DNA of 64,000 nucleotides, taken from contig CAVZMI010000025.1 in assembly GCA_963776275.1 (NCBI GenBank), positions 32,338 to 96,337 of the forward strand, written 5' to 3'. Shown here piece after piece: positions 44,696 to 54,183 of the stretch. A model generated the notes under the pieces. It did no database searches, was not told where the DNA came from, and was given only the letters and a program-made list of their open reading frames with translations. How positions within the stretch are numbered: the stretch's first letter is position 1; each line of letters starts with the position of its first letter. The translations under genes and the position numbers were made by a program. The DNA is from Ignavibacteriota bacterium (GTDB lineage: Bacteria; Bacteroidota; Ignavibacteria; UBA10030; CAVZMI01).

Positions 44696-45032
44696 AATGA
44701 TGTCCCGGTTGTAAGTCAAGCCCAAAGAGAATGTGTTCGGTATCGGACAAATCCCCGATGAATCTGCGCAGCGGCAACGGAAGCTTCTTGATGAGGGTCG
44801 GGCAAGCAATAATTTGTTCTTCCTTCGCCAGCTTTGGTTTTTCGTAGATATCAATCACCTTAAGTTGATACCTTCCTTTAAGATGGTTTTCGCAAATGTC
44901 CTTGATGTTGGCGATCGCGCGCATCGATCGAGGCGTTGTCCCCGTAATGTACAAGCACAGAACATATTTTTGATGCGACCGATGTGCGAGGGATGATCGG
45001 AGTGTTCTGGCGCTGTTTGCAGGCTTTTTCAT
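44661..45032 (-). CDS. kaiB: KaiB-family protein
   Basis: LYITGTTPRSMRAIANI..ICE..L.GRY.L.VIDI...IIACPTLIKKLPLPLRRFIGDLS. Confidence 0.93.
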   Translation of the reverse strand: MKKPANSARTLRSSLAHRSHQKYVLCLYITGTTPRSMRAIANIKDICENHLKGRYQLKVIDIYEKPKLAKEEQIIACPTLIKKLPLPLRRFIGDLSDTEHILFGLDLQPGHHFDNKTKNVPRA

Positions 45033-45148
45033 CGGCCATCTCCATTTGATGAATTGCGTGGACGCAGGTCAAAACCTATGAGCACGCGCTTTTCCATCGT
45101 TGCACCGATGATTGCATACACCTCTCCTTTATTGAGTAGTGCCGTCAT
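45029..45148 (-). pseudogene. 39-aa chimera: GxxExxY-like N-terminus fused to the C-terminus of a second kaiB
   Basis: MTALLNKGEVYAIIGATME + KRVLIGFDLRPR...; stop overlaps the kaiB ATG (ATGA). Confidence 0.65.
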
Positions 45149-45201
45149 AACGTCGTATCTCCTTTGCGTCCTCCTGCGTGAATTTTCACCAGTGATTTCC
45201 C

Positions 45202-46677
45202 TTAACGGTTCGACCCCGAACCCTCGGCAGCCTGTGATAACTTTTCGATCGGAGGCGGTCCTAAATCGATACCGCTATCGGTAATCAAGATTTCGCGAAT
45301 CTGTCTCGAATGTGCCATCCCACGAGACTTCAAAACATAGAGTGCCCGAGTTCGATCGTTCATGTTCTCAACGTCGCGCAGCACAATTAAGGTGTCCATG
45401 ATTGATGAAATGCCGACCTCACTCTCCTCGGACATTGCAACATCAGAGGTCAGGTTCGTCAAAAGTGCAGTGACTCCGTTGACCTTCAAGAAATCAATCA
45501 GACGCAACAACATTGAGTATACTTCAGGACTATCCCCCATGGAAGTAAAGTTTGATACTGGATCGAAGACGACAACGGCAGGGTTGAAATCGCTGATGAG
45601 TCGATGGATTGTCGCAAGGTGCATTTCCAGGCCGTAGAGTGTTGGACGAACTGCGTGGAATTGTAAGAGCCCCTTTTTTACCCATGGCTCGAAATTGATG
45701 CCAATGGATCGCATATTACGAATGATCTGACTCTGCGATTCCTCGAAAGCCAGAAAGAGACAACGTTCACCGCGCTGACACCCAGCCACTGAAAAGTGAG
45801 CAGCGATGCTCGTTTTTCCAGTCCCCGCCGTTCCGGAGACGAGGAGGCTGCTGCCGCGAAAGTAGCCCTTGCCTTCTAACATGGCATCCAGAGCCGGAAT
45901 TCCACTCGATATTCGTTGCGTGGTTGTCTTTTGTTCGATCCCCAAGGTTGTTAAGGGGATGATTGAAATGCCGTCCTTTTCGATGAGAAACGGATACTCG
46001 TCTCCTCCGTGAACCGCTCCTCGGAATTTTATAATTCTTATCCGCCGGGTGGACAATTGGGCTTTGATCCGATGGTCAAGCAGTATCACACAATCGGAAA
46101 TGTATTCCTCCAATCCGTGTCTCGTCAAGGTCTCGGCTCCCCTCTCTGCCGTAATAACAGCTGTGACCCCCTTATCCTTCAACCAGCGAAACAGCCGGTG
46201 AAGCTCGGAACGCAGAATGGAGGAATCCGAGAAAGCGGAAAACAGTACCTCGAGCGTATCCAGCACGACTCGTTTTGCATGGATGGAATCGATTTCGTTT
46301 CCAAGCCGGACGAACAGGCCCTCTAAATCATATTCCCCGGTCTCTTCAAATTCACTTTGGTTGATCTGAATGTGGTCAAGAATAATTTTCTTGCGCGAAG
46401 AAAGGTCCTGCAAATTGAATCCAAGAGAGGCAACATTGGTTGCGAGGTCGTCAGCATTTTCCTCAAACGAGAGATAGACACCAGGTTCGTTGTACTGAAG
46501 TGCCCCGCGCACGAGAAATTCGACTGCAAAAAGTGTTTTGCCGCTTCCGGCACCGCCGCACACGAGGGTAGGGCGACCCGCCGGTAATCCCCCGTGGGTA
46601 ATCTCATCAAGGCCTTTTATACCCGTGGGAGATCGGGGCAGTTTCTTGAGCACGCTTTGAGGTTTCAATTTAGCCAT
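45202..46677 (-). CDS. kaiC: KaiC-family double-domain ATPase
   Basis: Two Walker A motifs (GGAGSGKT, GTAGTGKT), FEE twice, ISSIMDT phosphosite region, KSRGMAHS. Confidence 0.95.
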   Translation of the reverse strand: MAKLKPQSVLKKLPRSPTGIKGLDEITHGGLPAGRPTLVCGGAGSGKTLFAVEFLVRGALQYNEPGVYLSFEENADDLATNVASLGFNLQDLSSRKKIILDHIQINQSEFEETGEYDLEGLFVRLGNEIDSIHAKRVVLDTLEVLFSAFSDSSILRSELHRLFRWLKDKGVTAVITAERGAETLTRHGLEEYISDCVILLDHRIKAQLSTRRIRIIKFRGAVHGGDEYPFLIEKDGISIIPLTTLGIEQKTTTQRISSGIPALDAMLEGKGYFRGSSLLVSGTAGTGKTSIAAHFSVAGCQRGERCLFLAFEESQSQIIRNMRSIGINFEPWVKKGLLQFHAVRPTLYGLEMHLATIHRLISDFNPAVVVFDPVSNFTSMGDSPEVYSMLLRLIDFLKVNGVTALLTNLTSDVAMSEESEVGISSIMDTLIVLRDVENMNDRTRALYVLKSRGMAHSRQIREILITDSGIDLGPPPIEKLSQAAEGSGSNR

Positions 46678-46715
46678 AAATTTCCTCGGTCTAAAGACAT
46701 CAGTGTAGCAACAAT

Positions 46716-46853
46716 TCAAAACAAGATAAGGAATCGCGTGAAATTATGCAACCAAACGCAACGTGTTGCGTGGCCGTGACGAGAGAGCATCTCTGCGATT
46801 CTATCGCGCAAAACACGATTATCTTCAATGATGAGTGTTCTTTTATTTTCCAT
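46716..46853 (-). pseudogene. 5' remnant of another LuxR paralog directly upstream of kaiC
   Basis: MENKRTLIIEDNRVLRDRIAEML is close at DNA level to 42581-42615. Confidence 0.75.
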
Positions 46854-46906
46854 CGAATATAGTGCCCCCCCTCTATGAAATAGTCCAGTATTATTTCAAT
46901 AAATAA

Positions 46907-46935
46907 AAGGTAACAAACGAGAAAGAGAAATTCAA
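46907..46935 (-). promoter_or_regulatory. sigma70-type promoter for the kai operon; duplicate at 60322-60350
   Basis: TTGAAT-17-TACCTT here and TTGAAT-17-TATCTT at 60322-60350, with similar spacers. Confidence 0.55.
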
Positions 46936-47014
46936 TAGCAGGGTGTATCTACCTTGTCATGGGCGTTTCTGACAGAATATACGAATAAAAAGACAAGTAA
47001 TTATATGATGGACT

Positions 47015-47150
47015 GAATACGGTATGATCCCGGCGTGACAGTTTGAGGAATGACCGCGAGGTAGGTATCGTGTCCGGTAGGCTTGAGCTTTTCACCTTTT
47101 CGTACAGCATCATCACGACTGATGAATGCGAGGATACGCATTCACAACAT
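47015..47150 (-). pseudogene. Deleted duplicate of the 25607-26812 gene and its upstream region
   Basis: 47015-47089 matches 26506-26580 (3 mismatches in 75 bp); 47099-47150 resembles 26845-26896. Confidence 0.85.
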
Positions 47151-47165
47151 GTGCAGCTATCTCAC

Positions 47166-48554
47166 TCAAAACCCGACAACATTCCCTACTCCGCTGCGAA
47201 GAGCGAACCACACAAACTGGAGAAAATAATCTTCCGGATACCGTGTGTATTTTATTTCACCGATCTTCATTAAACCTTTTTCATCCGGCATGTTGGTTCT
47301 GCGGATAACAAATATTTTACCAATGAGAGAGGAGGTCCAATCGAATATCCCTTTTTCACTTCCGGTCTTTTTATTGAGGATGGCGATGGATAGATCTTTG
47401 TACGCGACTCGTAAGGTACCGCTTGCATGACCCGAATCAACGTTGATATCAAACGCTGCAGACTGAAGGATCCCGGATTTAATACGCCGATGTTCACCTG
47501 CTTCAAGGAATGTATTTAGTTCGGTAACATCCATCGTGCTGAGTGAACCGGAGTATCGGAAGGAAAAATCCTTTGATGTCAGAGGAATTGCCATAAACAG
47601 TTTCATTGTGCCGGAATTCATAAAAAGTCCCTCCCCGTGAATAACTGCAGTCTCAGGGTGAGCTGTATGATTGGCAATTCCACTTACTGAAACATTGACT
47701 TTATTAAATGTAATCACTCCGGGTATTGCTTCAACAGCATATCTCTCACAATATTTCAACCGTCCGTTAATGATTTTCACACTGCCGACATTGACTGTTT
47801 CCTTCATCGACGATAGAGCTTCGTTCGGCATCTGTGGATTGGATGAGTTCTTGTCATAGGGCTTATCCATGTTTACCAGAATATCGGCAAACACATCATG
47901 TATAGTAATGCTTCCGGCTTTATAGATATTTCCTTGAATCAATGCGAGACAATCCAGACCTGTTATATTTATTTGAGGAATATCAAAACGAAACCTGGTT
48001 TGTCTGAATTGACTTTTTGCAAAGAATTGTTCGTCGTGTAGTAAAGAATAATACTTCATTGAATCGGCAACCATTTCAGAATCAGGCACCGATATATGCA
48101 GCATCCCAAAACGAAGTACATTCTGAGACTGATGAAAATTAAGTACAATATTCTGTGCATCTATTACTGAGTTGGCAAAGTTATTAGGTCCAAGACTCCC
48201 TCCCCAGAGAAGATGCATCCAGCCGATCCCGCTCACGGAGAACTGATCCATATTGCTCGAGAATGTGCCATTGACTGTGCTTAGCGCAACGGAGTCAAAT
48301 CCAAAGCGGTTCTTTAAGACATTGTAATGCATGTCGGCTATGTGTAGCGAGTACGCGGGATATGCCTCAGCAAAAGCCTTTGTAATCCTCGGCTTGATGA
48401 ACCTGTTCACAAGGGGATCAGAGAAGAGCAGGAGAGCCAGCACGCAGACGAGCACTATTGCTCCTACGGCAAAGCCCGCATACGACGCTATCTTAAGCGG
48501 CGATAGCTTTCGTCGGTCAGTTGGTGGATGTTCATTCTGCATGTGCTCTATCAC
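47166..48554 (-). CDS. AsmA/DUF748-like membrane-anchored beta-rich protein, paralog 1
   Basis: N-terminal TM, beta-rich body; highly similar to 48842-50248. Confidence 0.75.
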   Translation of the reverse strand: MIEHMQNEHPPTDRRKLSPLKIASYAGFAVGAIVLVCVLALLLFSDPLVNRFIKPRITKAFAEAYPAYSLHIADMHYNVLKNRFGFDSVALSTVNGTFSSNMDQFSVSGIGWMHLLWGGSLGPNNFANSVIDAQNIVLNFHQSQNVLRFGMLHISVPDSEMVADSMKYYSLLHDEQFFAKSQFRQTRFRFDIPQINITGLDCLALIQGNIYKAGSITIHDVFADILVNMDKPYDKNSSNPQMPNEALSSMKETVNVGSVKIINGRLKYCERYAVEAIPGVITFNKVNVSVSGIANHTAHPETAVIHGEGLFMNSGTMKLFMAIPLTSKDFSFRYSGSLSTMDVTELNTFLEAGEHRRIKSGILQSAAFDINVDSGHASGTLRVAYKDLSIAILNKKTGSEKGIFDWTSSLIGKIFVIRRTNMPDEKGLMKIGEIKYTRYPEDYFLQFVWFALRSGVGNVVGF

Positions 48555-48711
48555 CTTGCTTTCTTTGCCATGATCACAATGCACGTGTTTTATTTAAAAG
48601 CGTGCAGAGAGAAAAATTGATGGTTGCAAAAGTCAAATCAAAAACTGAAAATAAATCAATGCAACGGCAGCAATGCTCATCAGTATTAGCGTTATTGATC
48701 CGGGAACATTG

Positions 48712-48822
48712 GTTTGGGACATTACCAATTGCACGAGAACGCGTCATAGAAGTCATAACGATTTTATTTTTAAGTACAATGCGACCCATTGTATAGGGAC
48801 TCAATAGTTTAGAGCTTTTCAT
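48712..48822 (-). pseudogene. 5' remnant of an old-yellow-enzyme (NemA-like) alkene reductase
   Basis: MKSSKLLSPYTMGRIVLKNKIVMTSMTRSRAIGNVPN, then homology stops. Confidence 0.75.
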
Positions 48823-48841
48823 TTTAAATTTCTTTCTATAC

Positions 48842-50248
48842 TTATCTGGAAGGTATTGGAGGAAATCCAACTACATCCGCAACACTGTTGCGAATAGCAA
48901 ACCATAAATACTGAAGAAAAGAATCTTCCGGATACCGTATATATTTTATTTCACCTATCTTCATTAAACCTTTTTCATCCGGCATGTTAGTTCCGCGGAT
49001 AACAAATATCTTACCAAAGAAAGAGGCGATCCGATTAAATATTCCTTTTTCACTTCCGGTTTTTTTATTGAGAATGGAGATGGTTAGATCTTTGTACGCG
49101 ATTCGCAATGTGCCGCTTGCATGCCCCGAATTAACATCGACAGTAAACGCTGCAGACTGAAGAACCCCGGATTTAATGCGTTGATGTTCACATGGTTCAA
49201 TGAATGGATTGAGTCTGGTAACATCCATCGTGCCAAGCGAACCGGAGTATCGAAAAGAAAAATCCTTCGATGTGAGAGGAATTGCCATAAACAGTTTCAT
49301 TGTGCCGGAATTCATAAAAAGTCCCTCCCCATGAATAACTGCAGTCTCAGGGTGAGCTGTATGATTGGCAATTCCACTTACTGAAACATTGACTTTATTA
49401 AATGTAATCACTCCGGGGTCTGCTTTGACATCATACCTCTCGCAATATTTCAACCGTCCGTTAATTATTTTCAAACTATCTACCTTAACAGTTTCCTTCA
49501 TCGACAATAGAATTTCGTTCGGCATCTGTGGATTGGGTGAGTTCTTATCATAGGGCTTGTCCATGTTCACCAGAATATCGGCAAACATATCATGGATAGT
49601 AATGCTTCCGGCAGAATAGACCTTTCCCTGAAGCAATGCGGGACAATCCAAACCCGATATTTTTATTTGAGGGATATCAAAATGAAACCTGGTTTGTCTG
49701 AATTGACTTTGTGCAAAGAATTGTTCATCGTACATCAAAGAATGATACTTCATTGAATCGGCCACCATTTCGGAATCAGGCACCGATATATGCAGCATTT
49801 CGCAACGAATCCCAATCTGTGACTGCGGAAATCTCAGCACGATATCCTGTGCATCTACAACTGAGTTGGTAAAGTCATCAAGTGCAAGACTTCCTCCCCA
49901 GAGAAGATGCATCCAGCCGATCCCGCTCACGGAGAACTGATCCATAGTGCTCGAGAATGAGCCATCGACTGCGCTCACTGCAACGGAGTCAAATCCAAAG
50001 CGGTTCTTTAAGACGCTGTAATGCATGTCGGCGATGTGTAGCGAGTACGCGGGATACGCCTCAGCAAAAGCCTTTGTAATCCTCGGCTTGATGTATCTGT
50101 TCACAAGGGGATCAGGGAAGAGCAGGAGAGCCAGCACGCAGACGAGCACTATTGCTCCTGCGGCATAGCCCGCATACGACGCTATCTTAAGCAGTGACAG
50201 CTTTCGTCGTTCAGTTGGTGGATGTTCATTCTGCATGTGCTCTATCAC
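48842..50248 (-). CDS. AsmA/DUF748-like membrane-anchored beta-rich protein, paralog 2
   Basis: Tandem duplicate of 47166-48554, including upstream sequence. Confidence 0.75.
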   Translation of the reverse strand: MIEHMQNEHPPTERRKLSLLKIASYAGYAAGAIVLVCVLALLLFPDPLVNRYIKPRITKAFAEAYPAYSLHIADMHYSVLKNRFGFDSVAVSAVDGSFSSTMDQFSVSGIGWMHLLWGGSLALDDFTNSVVDAQDIVLRFPQSQIGIRCEMLHISVPDSEMVADSMKYHSLMYDEQFFAQSQFRQTRFHFDIPQIKISGLDCPALLQGKVYSAGSITIHDMFADILVNMDKPYDKNSPNPQMPNEILLSMKETVKVDSLKIINGRLKYCERYDVKADPGVITFNKVNVSVSGIANHTAHPETAVIHGEGLFMNSGTMKLFMAIPLTSKDFSFRYSGSLGTMDVTRLNPFIEPCEHQRIKSGVLQSAAFTVDVNSGHASGTLRIAYKDLTISILNKKTGSEKGIFNRIASFFGKIFVIRGTNMPDEKGLMKIGEIKYIRYPEDSFLQYLWFAIRNSVADVVGFPPIPSR

Positions 50249-50326
50249 CCAGCTTTCTTTGTCACGACCGCAATGCGCATGCTTTTCTTCATAGCGTGCA
50301 GAGAGAAAAATTTATGGTTGCAAAGG

Positions 50327-50938
50327 TCAAATCAAACTCATGAAGGCAGCAACCCCAGATAAAATGAGCAAGACGCCGGAAATCCTATTGACCAATCTGA
50401 GTCCACCTGAGTCCAGCTTTTTTCTGAAGAATGTCGCACCGTAACCAAGAGTCAGAAACCATAGACACGAACCTGTAAACACTCCGAGGACAAGAATGCA
50501 CGCTGAAATGATAATAAGCCTATGTCCCAGCCCAAAGGCAGCGAACACAGCAACAAAGGCAAAGATGGTCACTGGATTGGTAAGTGCGAGGATAAAGGCG
50601 GAGACGTACGATCCCAACAATCCCTTGTTGTCGAAGGGGATTATAGGATCCTTACGCTTAGCACGAAATGTCCTTATTCCAAGAAACAAGAGTAATCCTC
50701 CTCCAAACAGACTCAGCCAAAGATGCTGGCTGGTGATTACATCCGAGACAAACGTGAGACCGAACGCAGCGATACTGCCGAACAGCGAATCCGCGGTTGC
50801 AGCCCCAAGGCCGATGATCATGCCGCGTGAGTGCCCCTCAGCCAGTGTCTTGCGGATGCACATTATTCCGATCGGTCCAATAGGCACCGCCATCGCAAAT
50901 CCAATAATCAGTCCTTTTAGAAAAAAGATTGGCTCCAT
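50327..50938 (-). CDS. LysE-family translocator
   Basis: PIGPIG, GAATAD, LTNPVTI. Confidence 0.92.
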   Translation of the reverse strand: MEPIFFLKGLIIGFAMAVPIGPIGIMCIRKTLAEGHSRGMIIGLGAATADSLFGSIAAFGLTFVSDVITSQHLWLSLFGGGLLLFLGIRTFRAKRKDPIIPFDNKGLLGSYVSAFILALTNPVTIFAFVAVFAAFGLGHRLIIISACILVLGVFTGSCLWFLTLGYGATFFRKKLDSGGLRLVNRISGVLLILSGVAAFMSLI

Positions 50939-51016
50939 GCTCTCATGTTCCGATCAGCTTGTTGTTGCTATCTCTCTAAAGATTCTCATTATCGATCGAG
51001 CCACATCAACCTTTTT

Positions 51017-52096
51017 TCAAGTATCAGAATCGATCCCTATTTTCGACACCGGTGGAATGTTCTCAGTGGACTTTTCCGACCCGAGCAAGACCGCTATCCA
51101 TCGCGTGCTTTTACTGCTCTCAAAGGCAAACTTCAGAGTCATGGTAAAGGGTATGCATAGAACCACGCCGATCGGACCGAGCAGGCTTCCCCAAAAAAGC
51201 AAAGAGAGAAAGACGACCAGGGTAGACAGTCCGAGTTTGCGGCCCATAAGCCGCGGCTCAACCACGTTTCCGAGTGTGAAGCCAACGACAAGATAACCGG
51301 AAGCGGCAAGTGCGGCGGGTCCGATACCGAGTTGAATGAACGCCAGTAGCACCGCAGGAATGGCGGCCACAATCGAACCCAGATTGGGTACGTAGTGCAG
51401 CAGAAAAGCCACGAAACCCCACAGAACGGGAAAATCCACGCCGAGGATGTACAACCATAGCCCTATTATGACCCCCGTGATCAGATTGATGATCGTCTTG
51501 ATGATCATGTAACGCTTGATATCATTGACAAACTTCGTGTACTGGGGAAAGGCGCGTTGAGGATCACCGAGTATAGAGCGGAGTTTGATGGGGAAGCTAG
51601 AGGCCTCAAGAAGAATGAATGTTACCGTGAGCAGGATCAGGACGATGTTGGAAAGCACTGAGCCCATCTCTGCGAGCATGCCGACAACCAGGCCCATCAC
51701 CGGCCCCGGATTGATGTAGTCAAGTAAGATCTTGTCAGTGATTACGATATGCTTGCTAGCCAACAGGGGCTTGAGCGCCAAGAGTTGATCGTGTAGGCGT
51801 TTCTGATAGAAAGGCAACGCATCGGAAAAGGTACTGAGGGATGCGCCTACGACTCCACCGATAATCAGCAGAAGAGTAATCATGCATGCCATTACGATCA
51901 TCACCGCCAGAAAAGAAGGAACGCGTTTCCGTTCTAACCAGAGTACCGGCGGCGTTCCGAGTAGGGCGAAGAAAACAGAAACAAGGAACAATGCAACAAC
52001 CGACTGTGCCTGATTGATGCCATAGATGATGATCACGAGCGCTGCTGCGGTAACGAGGAAGCGCGTTCCTCTGAAAAAATGACTTTTTTCAATCAT
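51017..52096 (-). CDS. AI-2E family transporter
   Basis: YVPNLGS, EPRLMG, FWGSLLGPIG..P.T. Confidence 0.92.
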   Translation of the reverse strand: MIEKSHFFRGTRFLVTAAALVIIIYGINQAQSVVALFLVSVFFALLGTPPVLWLERKRVPSFLAVMIVMACMITLLLIIGGVVGASLSTFSDALPFYQKRLHDQLLALKPLLASKHIVITDKILLDYINPGPVMGLVVGMLAEMGSVLSNIVLILLTVTFILLEASSFPIKLRSILGDPQRAFPQYTKFVNDIKRYMIIKTIINLITGVIIGLWLYILGVDFPVLWGFVAFLLHYVPNLGSIVAAIPAVLLAFIQLGIGPAALAASGYLVVGFTLGNVVEPRLMGRKLGLSTLVVFLSLLFWGSLLGPIGVVLCIPFTMTLKFAFESSKSTRWIAVLLGSEKSTENIPPVSKIGIDSDT

Positions 52097-52106
52097 AGGG
52101 ATTCGA

Positions 52107-52721
52107 TTATATTTTCTTTATTCTCAAATCTGAAATCATCGCAACGGCAGAAGCAAAATAGAACACCACAAACCAGCCGATGTATGCTTTAGCAAAGAAA
52201 TATCCAAGGTACGCGATCGTTGAAACCACGACTGCAGCTAATACGGTTGGAACACCTGTGAACCCCTTTTGTTTTTGTTTATTTGCCGTGAAGTAGGCCA
52301 ATCGTACTGCTGCCGCACCAATATTCAAGAATCCGGCAATATACATTGCAGGGCCATCTATCCCGACAAACCAACCGAATACAACCGCTGCGGCAACTGC
52401 CATGAAATCCGAGAAGCTGTCCAGGTAGATCCCCAGGACCCCTCCACCAATGGTTCGTGCTAACTTCCCATCAGCATAGTCAAAGATGAATTGTGCGAGA
52501 ATTAACGCGTATGCAATTGCAAAAACACCTTTGAATGAAAAATACACCGAAAAAGAAACACACAGAAGACCAAGAAGAGTAGGCAGATCCGGCCAACGCA
52601 GTGTACGAAGTTGTTTGAATATCATGGTTCTTTTATGACTGATCCCACTATCCGTAGGTTGTTCAAAAACATTTATGTTCTTGTTTACCTGCGGCTTCAT
52701 TCCATTTTTCAACATTCCCAT
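52107..52721 (-). CDS. CDP-alcohol phosphatidyltransferase
   Basis: DYADGKLAR...G..LDSFSD signature; FTGVPT. Confidence 0.88.
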   Translation of the reverse strand: MGMLKNGMKPQVNKNINVFEQPTDSGISHKRTMIFKQLRTLRWPDLPTLLGLLCVSFSVYFSFKGVFAIAYALILAQFIFDYADGKLARTIGGGVLGIYLDSFSDFMAVAAAVVFGWFVGIDGPAMYIAGFLNIGAAAVRLAYFTANKQKQKGFTGVPTVLAAVVVSTIAYLGYFFAKAYIGWFVVFYFASAVAMISDLRIKKI

Positions 52722-52735
52722 GCCGATCTTGTCTA

Positions 52736-53230
52736 TTATTTTTTCCCAGGTTTGTTGCCGCGACCCTTTCCTCTGCTATTACTATTATCATGCTTTTGTT
52801 GCTTTACCCAGTTATTATGCTCGGGGTGGTTTTTGTTTACAAAATATTTTGTATCACGGCTATCGCGGATTGGCTGCTGATCGTGACGACCTTTATATGA
52901 GGAATATTTTTCTTTATACGTATTGTGATTACGCCACGGTGTCGGCTCATTCACCACTACTTTGTAAGAATTATACAAGTCATGACCACGATAACGGGAA
53001 GGCAAAGATGATCTGCCAATCCAGCGTCCTCTTTCATTATAGAAAAACCTGTGCTGAGGAACATTATAGTACACTTCAATATCAGGCAGGTAATAATATT
53101 CAACATAATCGTAACCGGTCGGACCCCAAACTGGCTGACGATCTATATTGAAGTTGAGATTAATATGTACCTGTGAAGCTGCAGTGTTCGCCAAAAACAC
53201 TGCTACGATGAATATAAGTAAGTTGCGCAT
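52736..53230 (-). CDS. Conserved exported hypothetical protein (Bacteroidota-type)
   Basis: Signal peptide; QPVWGPTGYDYVEYYYLPDIEVYY. Confidence 0.75.
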   Translation of the reverse strand: MRNLLIFIVAVFLANTAASQVHINLNFNIDRQPVWGPTGYDYVEYYYLPDIEVYYNVPQHRFFYNERGRWIGRSSLPSRYRGHDLYNSYKVVVNEPTPWRNHNTYKEKYSSYKGRHDQQPIRDSRDTKYFVNKNHPEHNNWVKQQKHDNSNSRGKGRGNKPGKK

Positions 53231-53355
53231 GATGTTTCTCCTTCGATTTTAAATATAATTGAAATGACCCCGATGCCGGTTTTTCCGGATTTTGGTCGTT
53301 TGTGAACTATGATTTCGATACGATGGTTGCATTTTTTGTGTAAACCAGATTTACA

Positions 53356-54168
53356 TTAATCAAGCGCAATTCTAATTGTGAGGGGATAGAAGGAAGATAC
53401 TTGGATTCCGTTTTCCCCTTGCTCATGCTGATCTACAACCCAGGTTGCAATAACGTAACCGAGTGTTGCACCGAGAAAATCATCGGATGTCCAGTGTTGA
53501 TCTTGATACACACGGGAGATAAATGTTAATACGGCCGGTACGTAAGCGAGTCCTTTTAGCCAGACCGGCTTGGCGTTCCTTGAAAGAACAGTGGATATGG
53601 CAAATGCAGCGGTGTTGTGTCCTCCGGGAATCGAATGATAATTCTGACTAAAAAGTGAAGAGAATGGGTGAAATGAAGTCTTACCCTCTTCCATATAGGG
53701 TCTTGCCCTGCCGATTACGAGCTTCAATATATAATCAACTGCGCCGGCATAGAGCGAAGCTTGCCCGATCTCATAAGCAATTTTCCTTGTTCCAATGTCA
53801 TCTGTTAGCATTGAATGTATGGCAAAACCGCCAAAGAGCACAACAGGCGAATATAGTTCTCCCCACATTCTGCCGAATTCAATCGGAACACTCTTGTAAT
53901 ATCTTTGATCTTTTAAAACTGCATTGCGAATAGGTTGATCGGCAGTTTCCATAATTAAAAATGTTCCGGCGCTTATCAAACCTATTTTGAGCCAATCGCT
54001 TCCATCCCATTTAGTCGGTTGCTTAATAAAACTCCAGGTCTCATTTCCGAACTGAGAGAAATTGTATTTATTCCGCTCTACGGAATCCCGTACAGCGGGA
54101 TTTTGCGCGAAGAGAGAGGGTTCGCAAATGATGATTAAGAGAAGTGATAAATAAATTTTATGTTTCAT
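53356..54168 (-). CDS. PAP2-family phosphatase, paralog 1
   Basis: K..IGRARP, PGGH, SRVYQDQHWTSD. Confidence 0.9.
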   Translation of the reverse strand: MKHKIYLSLLLIIICEPSLFAQNPAVRDSVERNKYNFSQFGNETWSFIKQPTKWDGSDWLKIGLISAGTFLIMETADQPIRNAVLKDQRYYKSVPIEFGRMWGELYSPVVLFGGFAIHSMLTDDIGTRKIAYEIGQASLYAGAVDYILKLVIGRARPYMEEGKTSFHPFSSLFSQNYHSIPGGHNTAAFAISTVLSRNAKPVWLKGLAYVPAVLTFISRVYQDQHWTSDDFLGATLGYVIATWVVDQHEQGENGIQVSSFYPLTIRIALD

Positions 54169-54183
54169 TTCGCAAACCTATAT

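Noticed and set aside
45202-46677. A true self-sustained circadian clock
   Set aside because: No kaiA in the window, and sequence alone cannot show oscillation
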